A DNA stretch of 64,000 nt from NCBI RefSeq assembly GCF_009914755.1, contig NC_060928.1, one strand, 5' to 3'. The notes under the pieces are model-generated. The model saw only the letters and a program-made list of their open reading frames with translations. It was not told where the DNA came from and ran no database searches. This DNA is from the human T2T-CHM13v2.0 reference genome, Homo sapiens. Both the position numbers and the translations under genes were made by a program. The stretch's first letter is position 1. Each line of letters starts with the position of its first letter. Positions 55,077 to 64,000 of the stretch are shown here, one piece after another.

Positions 55077-57244
55077 TTTTTAAAAGAAAATAACAGATTT
55101 ATTCAGATATAATTTATGTAATATAAAATACACCCTTCTAAAGTGTACAATTTAGTGCTTTTTGGTATCATCACAAAGTTATACCACATTACTCTCTAAA
55201 CTTGAAACATTTTTATCACCACAAAGAAATCCCACATCCATTTGCAGTCTTTCCCAATTCTCCCTTCTCACAAGCTCTGGCAACTGCTAATTCAGTTTCT
55301 GTTTCTATGGATTTGCTTATTTTGAAAATTTTATTATAAATTAAATCCCTTCTATTCTATTCTATTCCAAATTTATAAAATTTTTGTCATGAATGAGTGT
55401 TGGATTTTGTCAAATTATTGTTTTTCACCTATGCAGATGATCATGAAGCATTTGCCCTTTTTCTGTTGATATTGGATATTACAGCAATTTATTTTCATGT
55501 GTTAAAGCAACTTGGCATTCCTGGCATAAATATAACTTGGTTTAGTGTATAATTTTTTACATGTTGCTGAATTTAATTTACTAGTATTTTGTAGATACAT
55601 CTTTCAATTTATCTTTTGATTTTGTTGAGCTTCCTGGAGGCACAGAATAATGTTTCTCACCAATTGGGGAACTTCCTAACCATTATTTCTTTAAATAATC
55701 TTTCTGTCCTTTCTTTCCTTTCCTTCTAGAAATTCTATTATGCAAATGTTGGTATGCTTTATGTGTTCTCTAGGTCTTTAAGGCTGTATTCGTTTCTTCT
55801 TCTTTTTTTTCTTATGTTCCTTAGAATGAATAATCTCAATTAACCTTTTTTAGATTTATTGATTCTTCTGACTGTACCAATTTGTTACTGAATCCCTCTA
55901 TTAAAGGTTTTATTTCTGTTGGTTTTTATATCCTGGGTTTCTATGAGATCCTTTAAAAAATATATGATGTCCATCTCTTTGTCATTATTCTCTTTCGGAG
56001 AGATATTGTTTTTATACTTTCCTTTTATTATTTAGACATTGTTTCCTTTAGTTCATTGAAAAGATCATTTAAACTTGTTGACTAGTAATTCTGATATCTA
56101 AGTTTCCTAAAGGACAACTTATATTGATTCCAGTTTTTTCTGTATATGGAACATATTTTCCTGTTTCTTTTCATGGGTCATAGTTTTTTATTGAAAACTT
56201 AAAACTTTAAATACTATATGATAACTCTAAAGATAAAGATAAGACATCCTTCCACTCTTCAAGGTGTGTGTGCATGTACGTGTGCATGTGCATGTGTGTG
56301 TATGTTGCTGTTTGTTGCTGTTGCTATTTTTTGTTTAGTGACTTTATAGGACTATTTCTGTAAAGCCTGTATTCTTTGTCTTTTGCAGCCATTGAAGTCT
56401 CTGCTAATAATAGCAGTGATTTTCTTAAATGCTTTGAACCAATAAGTTTCCCAGCCTTTGCACAAAGGTTCTGTGGGGTGAAAGGATTAGGGGGAAGTAA
56501 CATCTTCAACACTCCAGCACAAAGTTCATAACTCTGCCTAAGCCTTCACTTCCTGCTTTTGCAAAATCTGAAGGCCATCCAATTTGGAAGATTAAGGCCA
56601 TTTTAAGTCATTTTCAGGCAATTCTGCAAGGCTTTCTAGATTCCCAGGAATAGGTTTGAGGTTTTAAAAGCCCCCTATTGTCATCTCAGTCCTCAGTTTT
56701 TTCTTTAGATTTTGCCCAGCTTTTTGTTAATCCCAGCTTATATCTCTGTTAAAATTACTGTGACATTAAACAATACCTGCTAACTGTTTTCATCAAATGC
56801 CCTGGAAATAGAGCTGTCCACAAGAGCAAGCTAAGTCAAGTCAAATAAAGATGAGCCCTGAGAGTGGACAGACAGGTCAAATGGTGACAGTTTGCTGGTG
56901 ATGGGAGTTTTGGGGAAGATCCAACCCGATTCTGTCAAATCCAGTGGCTGCCAGACTGCCACTTTTCACAATTAACAGAGTTGCAAGACTTGATTTTTAA
57001 GTTGTGCATGGAGAATGCAGAAAAGAAGATGAAACAATGAAAGTTAAAATGACACAAAGCTCAATGCGTTTAACAAGCTTAGGACATTTTTCTTGTAAAT
57101 GCTCCTCAAATTGTTGCATGGCTTTGGTTAATTTCAAGAGTACTGAGAAGGTTGATTATATAACCTCTGCCACTGCTCTTGTTGCGTTTATGCAGGAGCA
57201 GATTTTTGGAGGTCCTTACTTTTCCATTCCATAAGTATTTTTCC
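55077..57244 (-). mobile_element. Internally deleted old L1 (L1MB-like) inserted in an L2 (~54520-55076 and ~57245-58225)
   Basis: 3'UTR, an ORF2 piece and ORF1/5'-like region abut each other. TSD acagtctctt at 55067-55076 and 57245-57254. Confidence 0.7.
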
Positions 57245-57530
57245 ACAGTCTCTTAAATCAGAAATCAGATTGTGCCAATTCTCTTCACAAAACCCCAGAA
57301 TGTCTCTATATTTCACTCCAAGTATTAAAAGCTGTGGCCTTATATTCATGACCCACACAACACTTCATAACCATAGCCTGTTACTTTGTTTCTTCTCTGT
57401 TATTGCCCTCACTAACTGCTGCCTCGCTGACCTCTTGACTGTTCATTAAACATGCCTGATATTTCACAGACATTTACTTCTGCCTACGAGGCCCTTGTCA
57501 CAGAAGCATAGCTTACTCTCTCACCTTACT

Positions 57531-57911
<381 letters not shown>

Positions 57912-59830
57912 TAAAATAGTAACTTACTTAAGACTTTGTTGAAAGATCACTGTCTTCCGATAAGCCTGAAATGGACATTGTAATTCAAATTTCACCTTCC
58001 CTCCATCCCCAATACTTTAGATCTCCCTTACCTTGCCCTGTTTTTCCCCACTTTTTCCACAATAACATTAATTTTCAACATTCCCTATAAGTTTCTTACA
58101 TATTGCATACATATTTTAAAATAAAAACTCTAAGAAAACAAAGATAGATTTTTCTACTGATATTTCCCAAGAACATATAATTTCTGGAACGTAGTAGGCT
58201 CTGAATAAATATTTGTTGAGGGAACCAACCATTTAGCCTGACTCAATTTGGGGTAGAGGAAGGGTAGGATTCCTTAAACAAATTATATACCAGTGATATA
58301 AAGAGGTGCATTATAAAGATCTTTTAAAAGTCTGTAAGTTTGAGTGAGACACATAAGAGAATATTAGGCCTAACCAGCATAGGGGAAACTGCAGATTCAA
58401 AGATATTGATATAAAATATAATTGGATCTCATGAGGAAATGAAAAAAAGTACAGAAAGAGAACAGAGAGGGAGTAGAAGAATAATACAAGGTGGATCTGA
58501 AGAAACAGGCACAGCTAACATGCACGCTTTGTAATTGTGTGAACTTGGACAATGAGTTTGATCTGTATAATATGTATAACTCAACACAGATAATAACTAT
58601 ACCTACCTTATGGTCTTGTTATAAAGATTAAATGAGTTACTTTATAAAATCACTTATAGCTGACACATACAAAGTAATATAAAAGATTTTGCCATCTATG
58701 TATATCTGTATCTAATTGGGGAGTTCCAGGCTGTGAATGCATACTCCAGAGTCCATGATTCCACTGAATAATAACTGGGCAATTTAGTTATCCTCTATGC
58801 ACCTAAATTTCTTTATCCCTAAAGCGAGAAAAGTAAAAGAAGCCACCTCACTGGGTTCCTGTGAGGATTAAGGCTTGACAGGAGTACAGAACAATGCCAG
58901 ATAATAATGTTCCATGATGCTAGCTATTACTAGTGTTACTATTATAATTGGAGTCCAAAAAGTAGATGAATATACCTAATATTGGAATACACACCAAGAA
59001 ATAAAAAAGGACGCAGTCCCAACATTTAAACAATTTATAAATGAAAGTAAGCCAGGAAATTAGGCTAGAAAATAGCATACAGAGAGATAGTGACTAAAAG
59101 TAGAGGAGAATACAGTATCTCAAAGACTAGAGATGAGTGCTACAAAGGCAATTCACATTCCTAGGAAGGAAAGAGTGATGTACAGTTGATGCTGCTGAGA
59201 GATCCAGTAGTCTGAGGCCTGGAATATTTGCTTGATTTAGAGATCTTGAAGTCACTAGCAGAGTAAGGAGTGTGCAGAAGCCAGCTTGGTGTGAGAGATA
59301 TTAGAGAAGAGGAAAAGACTAAAGAGATGTTCAAAAAGCCGTGAGAAATTTGACTGTGAAGGGTAAGAGAACTCTAGCAAAAGGGCAAGGTGGAGGAAAA
59401 GAGACATCTTTTTGCTTTGCTTGTTTAAGGCAGAAGATAGTTGAACATATGGCAAGGCAGATGGGAAAGACTGAGGTTGAAAGGGAGAAGCTGAATATAC
59501 AGGAGAGAGAAAAGATCAATGGCAGAGGAAAATTTTCTAGCACGCAGCCAGGACATTAACTAAAGGGGATTGGCAACTACTACACAGAAGGAGGAGGGAA
59601 GAGAGAACATCCTTGATTATATCAGGAATGAGTAAGGAGCGTATTTAAACAAATGGAAATAGATTTTTAAATCTAGTGGTAAGAAAGTTGAAGATGTTCC
59701 TGGAGATAAATTTCTAGTTAGCTGCCAAATATATGTATACATTCTTATTATAATAAATAATGATTCCAGGTCAAAAGTTTTATAGTTTAGGTAATCCTAT
59801 TAATAAAATGTAAAATATTGTATATCCATA

Positions 59831-60193
59831 TGATATGGGTTGGCTCTGTGTCCCCACCCAAATTTCATCTTGAATTGTAATTCCCAAGTGTCAAGGGTGG
59901 GACCTAGTGGGAGGTGATTTTAGCATAGGAGCAGTTTCCCCTATGCTGTTCTCATGATAGTGAGTGAGTTCTCACGAGATCCAATGGTTTTATAAGGGGC
60001 TCTTCCCCCTTCACTTGTTCACACTCTCTCACCTGCTACCATGTAAGATGTGCCTCTTCCCCTTCCACTATGATTTTAAGTTTTCTGAGGCCTCCCCAGC
60101 CCTGTGGGACTGTGAGTCAATTAAACCCCTTTTCTTTATAAATTACCCAGTCTTGGGTATGTCTTTATAGCAGTGTGAAAATGGACTAATACA
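59831..60193 (+). mobile_element. THE1D/MSTA-like solo LTR
   Basis: tgatatgg...ggactaataca, with 5-bp TSD ccata/ccacg. Confidence 0.92.
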
Positions 60194-60218
60194 CCACGTA
60201 AGACCAATTTAGTATCTA

Positions 60219-60650
60219 GTGTCAGCTCGTTGTCCATATTCCCTTGACAATCACAATTCCTAAACATACAATGGTGTTCTACTGCAGCTGTGATGCTCTG
60301 CCTGAGGGCTTTCTCTGGTGGTGAGGGTAGACTGGAAGTGTACAGAGTTTATGTTCCTGAGAGCAACTAGCAATTAGTGACTAATGGGAGATGGAAGAAA
60401 TATAACTCAGCTTTCTCTCCCCATAAGTAGAGACAACCCTAAGGCATGTTCCACGTCACTCCCCAAGAGTCCACAGTGGTACTAAACCACAGTTGTCCTG
60501 AACAGTAAGCTGCTCATTAGGATACCTTGCATTGACGTTCTTTCCTAACTGGCTCACTTTGCCACTCCCTCTTCTAGTCCCTCCTGCTACCATTTCCCAA
60601 ATAAATCCATGTTTTAGAGTCTGCTTCTGGGGAAAATGAGAGGCAACTAC
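60219..60650 (+). mobile_element. LTR16-like ERVL solo LTR
   Basis: ctctgcctgagggctttctct...cccaaataaa...gtctgcttctgggga. Confidence 0.65.
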
Positions 60651-61609
60651 AAACATCCTTCGCTTACCCTAAGAAGGAAAAATGACAATAGTTACAGACA
60701 CAAGAGAAATATCAATTATATTCACTGGTGCTAACCATCCAAGCAATAAGTTATACTGTCTTCATCCCTGTAATTTAGATTTTAACAGTGATATCAGTAA
60801 AGACATGAATGTACAATGCTGAGAGTAAATCAGGCTGTAGATGACTTCCCTTGAAGATCACGATGCTAATAATTTTGCTCATCTTGTATCATAACTAGAA
60901 TGTCACGCACACATTTTAAGATGAGTTAGTCATTGCTGTGCTTTGCCTTACACTCTCAGCAACAACAAAGACATTTCGCTTTCTGGGATGATTCCCATAA
61001 CACCTACATGTGCCATTTGTCATCCATCAATTGAATTAAAGTCAACAAATACTTAAGTGACTTCTGTGTATATGGTACTTAGTGTTCTCTAGTAAAAGTT
61101 AAAAACATTAAATTAGATAATAAAATTGTCTCCATTCTACCACTAAGGAACGCTTGCCTCTTACCTAGTATCCTACTCCCAGTAGGCAGTCAACATACAT
61201 TTGATAAAAAGGATGACTCAAACAATACAGTACTGTATTTGGACAGTCAACAAAGGGTCCATAAAGGCGGGAAGAGTTAAGAATAATAAAAAAAACTCGG
61301 CAAGTATTTTGTTTAGGTACAATCATTTTTTAGTATAGTTCTAAGTTTTGTCTTTGATATATTGTAATGATTTGGAAAAGTGAAATATAAACATACGTTT
61401 AATATATTACATATCCTCTTAGTGTAAGATTCCTGATGCTTTTAAAACGTGTTGCATATTTATGTATTATATTTATTATTTTTATTTATTATACTTAAAT
61501 ATTATATTTATTATATTTATTATTGTAGTTTTCTTTGTTTACATTTATTTTTCCAAATTAATTATGTTACATTTATTTTTTAAAGTATAGACTATTTGGG
61601 AATCCTGAA

Positions 61610-62808
61610 CAAGAATGCCTGTATGTGCACAATCACCACTTCTATTCAACAGTACTGGAAGTCCTAACCAGAGCAATTAAGCAAGAAAGAAAAATAAAAG
61701 GCATCCAAGTGGGAAAAAAAGAAGTGAAAATTTATCTGTTCACTGACAATATATAGAATGCCATAAATAATCCATCAAAAAGCTGTCAGAGCTGATAAAT
61801 TAATTAAAGCTGCAAACTACAAAGTTAACCTACAAAATCAGTAGCATTTCTATATACTAACAATGAACAATCTGAGTCCTATTTACAATAGCATAAAAAT
61901 ACTTAGGAGTAAATTTAACCAAGGAGCTAAAAGATCAATGAGAACTATAAAATATTGTTGAAATCAATTGAAAATGACACATATAAATGAAAAGATACCT
62001 TATGTTCATGAGTTAGAAGATTTAATATTGTCAAAATATCCATGCCATCAAAAGTGATTTACAGATTCAATGCAATTCCTATCAAATTTCTAATGTTGTT
62101 CTTCACCGAAATAGGAAAAACAATCTTAAAACTTGTATAAAATGACAAAATATCTTGAATAGCCAAAGCAATTTTAAGCAAAAGAAAGAAAACTGGAGAC
62201 ACCACACTACCTGACTTCAAAATACATTATAAAGTTATAGTAATCAAAACAGCATAGTACTGGCATAAAACTACATATATCAACCAATGGAATAGGATAG
62301 AAAGCACAGAAATAAACCCACATATCCAAGGTCAATTGATATTGAACAAAGGTTTGAAGAACACATTTTGGGGAAAGGACAGACTCCTCCATAAATAATG
62401 TTGGAAAAACTGTCTATCCACATGCAGAAGAATGAAATTGGACCCTTATCTTATCCCTGATACAAGAATCCACCCACAATTGATTAAAGACTTAAATATA
62501 AGACTCTAAACTATCAAACTACCAGATTAAAACATAAGGGAAAGCTATACAGTATTGGTCTGGGCTATGATTTGTTGGATATGACCCAAGAAGCACAGTC
62601 AACAAAAGCAAAAAATAAACAAATAGAATTGTATCAGACTAAAAAACTTTTGCACTGCAAAGGAAACAATTAGCAGATGGAAGAGAAAAAAACACAGACT
62701 GGGAGAAAATATTTACAAATCATAAGTCAGGTAAGAAGCTCATATCTACACTATAAAAGAAACCCAAACTACCCAATAACAGGAAAACAAATAATTCTGT
62801 TTAAAAGG
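61610..62808 (+). mobile_element. L1MA-like ORF2 fragment without its own 3' end
   Basis: Diverged RT/C-terminal ORF2 sequence ending abruptly at the L1PA junction. Confidence 0.82.
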
Positions 62809-62810
62809 TT

Positions 62811-63829
62811 CTAATTAAATTAAAGAGCTTCTGCATAGTAAAAGAAACTACCATCAGAGTGAACAGGCAACCTACGAAATGGGAGAAAATTTTCACAACC
62901 TACCCATCTGACAAAGGGCTAATATCCAGAATCTACAATGAACCCAAACAAATTTACAAGAAAAAAACAAACAACCCCATCAAAAAATGGGTGAAGGATA
63001 TCAACAGACACTTCTCAAAAGAAGACATTTATGCAGCCAAAAGTCACATGAAAAAATGCTCATCATCACTGGCCATCAGAGAAATGCAAATCAAAACCAC
63101 AATGAGATACCATCTCACACCAGTTAGAATGGCAGTCATTAAAAAGTCAGGAAACAACAGGTGCTGGAGAGGATGTGGAGAAATAGGAACACTTTTACAC
63201 TGTTGGTGGGACTGTAAACTAGTTCAACCATTGTGGAAGTCGGTGTGGCGATTCCTTAGGGATCTAGAACTAGAAATACCATTTGACCCAGCCATCCCAT
63301 TACTGGGCATATAACCAAAGGACTATAAATCATGCTGCTATAAAGACACATGCACACATATGTTTATTGTGGCACTATTCACAATAGCAAAGACTTGGAA
63401 CCAAGCCAAATGTCCAACAACGATAGACTGGATTAAGAAAATGTGGCACATATACACCATGGAATACTATGCAGTCATAAAAAATGATGAGGTCATGTCC
63501 TTTGTAGGGACATGGATGAAACTGGAAACCATCATTCTCAGCAAACTATCACAAGGACAAAAAACCAAACACCGCATGTTCTCACTCATAGGTGGGAATT
63601 GAACAATGAGAACACATGGACACAGGAAGGGGAACATCACACTCCGGGGACTGTTGTGGGGTGGGGGGAGGGGGGAGGGATAGCATTAGGAGATATACCT
63701 AATGCTGAATGACGAGTTAATGGGTGCGGCACACCAACATGGCACATGTATACATATGTAACAAACCTGCACATTGTGCACATGTACCCTAAAACTTAAA
63801 GTATAATAATAATAAAATTTAAAAAAAAA
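62811..63829 (+). mobile_element. L1PA4-like 3' ~1 kb
   Basis: ORF2 C-terminus (ORFs 62859-63314 and 63360-63602, split by a TAA), 3'UTR and poly-A. Confidence 0.92.
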
Positions 63830-64000
63830 GAAATTGCCACAGCTATCCCAATCTTCAGCAACCATCACCCTGATGATCGAGCAGCCAACAACATTCAGTC
63901 AAGACCCTCCACCTGCAGAAAGACTGTAATTTGCTGAAGGCTCAGATGATTGTTGGCATTTTTTAGCAATAAAGTATATTTAGTTAATGTACATTTTTGA
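63828..64000 (+). mobile_element. Tigger1 3' fragment
   Basis: agaaattgccacagc...cttcagcaacca...caagaccctccacc...gctgaaggctcagatgat...ttttagcaataaagtat. Confidence 0.85.

Noticed and set aside
60662-60690. ttttccttctTAG-G-GTAAGC, a near-recursive site in intron 3
   Set aside because: One base separates the AG from the GT, so use would frameshift.
62859-63602. L1 ORF2 C-terminal ORFs as functional genes
   Set aside because: 5'-truncated element with an internal stop codon.

Overview
Primate (human or great-ape) genomic DNA from inside the GABA-A receptor alpha-2 gene GABRA2, transcribed on the minus strand. Five coding exons with canonical AG/GT boundaries and consistent phases are present: 47488-47555 (68 nt), 27350-27570 (221), 25025-25107 (83), 20423-20566 (144) and 18311-18463 (153). 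These correspond to exons 4-8 by recalled numbering and cover most of the extracellular domain, the Cys-loop and TM1. The rest is AT-rich intron full of L1, Alu, L2, MIR, MaLR/ERVL LTRs and DNA-transposon relics, including a two-LTR but decayed HERV-L (MLT2A) provirus at 6245-12407. Nearly all ORF-track entries are repeat-derived or random. I see no new protein-coding system. The best candidates for something undescribed are splicing signals: (i) a recursive-splice-site/RS-exon near the middle of the 20-kb intron 4 (36960-37037), (ii) a strong candidate poison exon (42662-42885) and (iii) a 5' splice site regenerated at the exon 7/8 junction. There are also several structurally unusual retrotransposon insertions. 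Repeat subfamily names and SNP identities are from memory and were not checked against databases.
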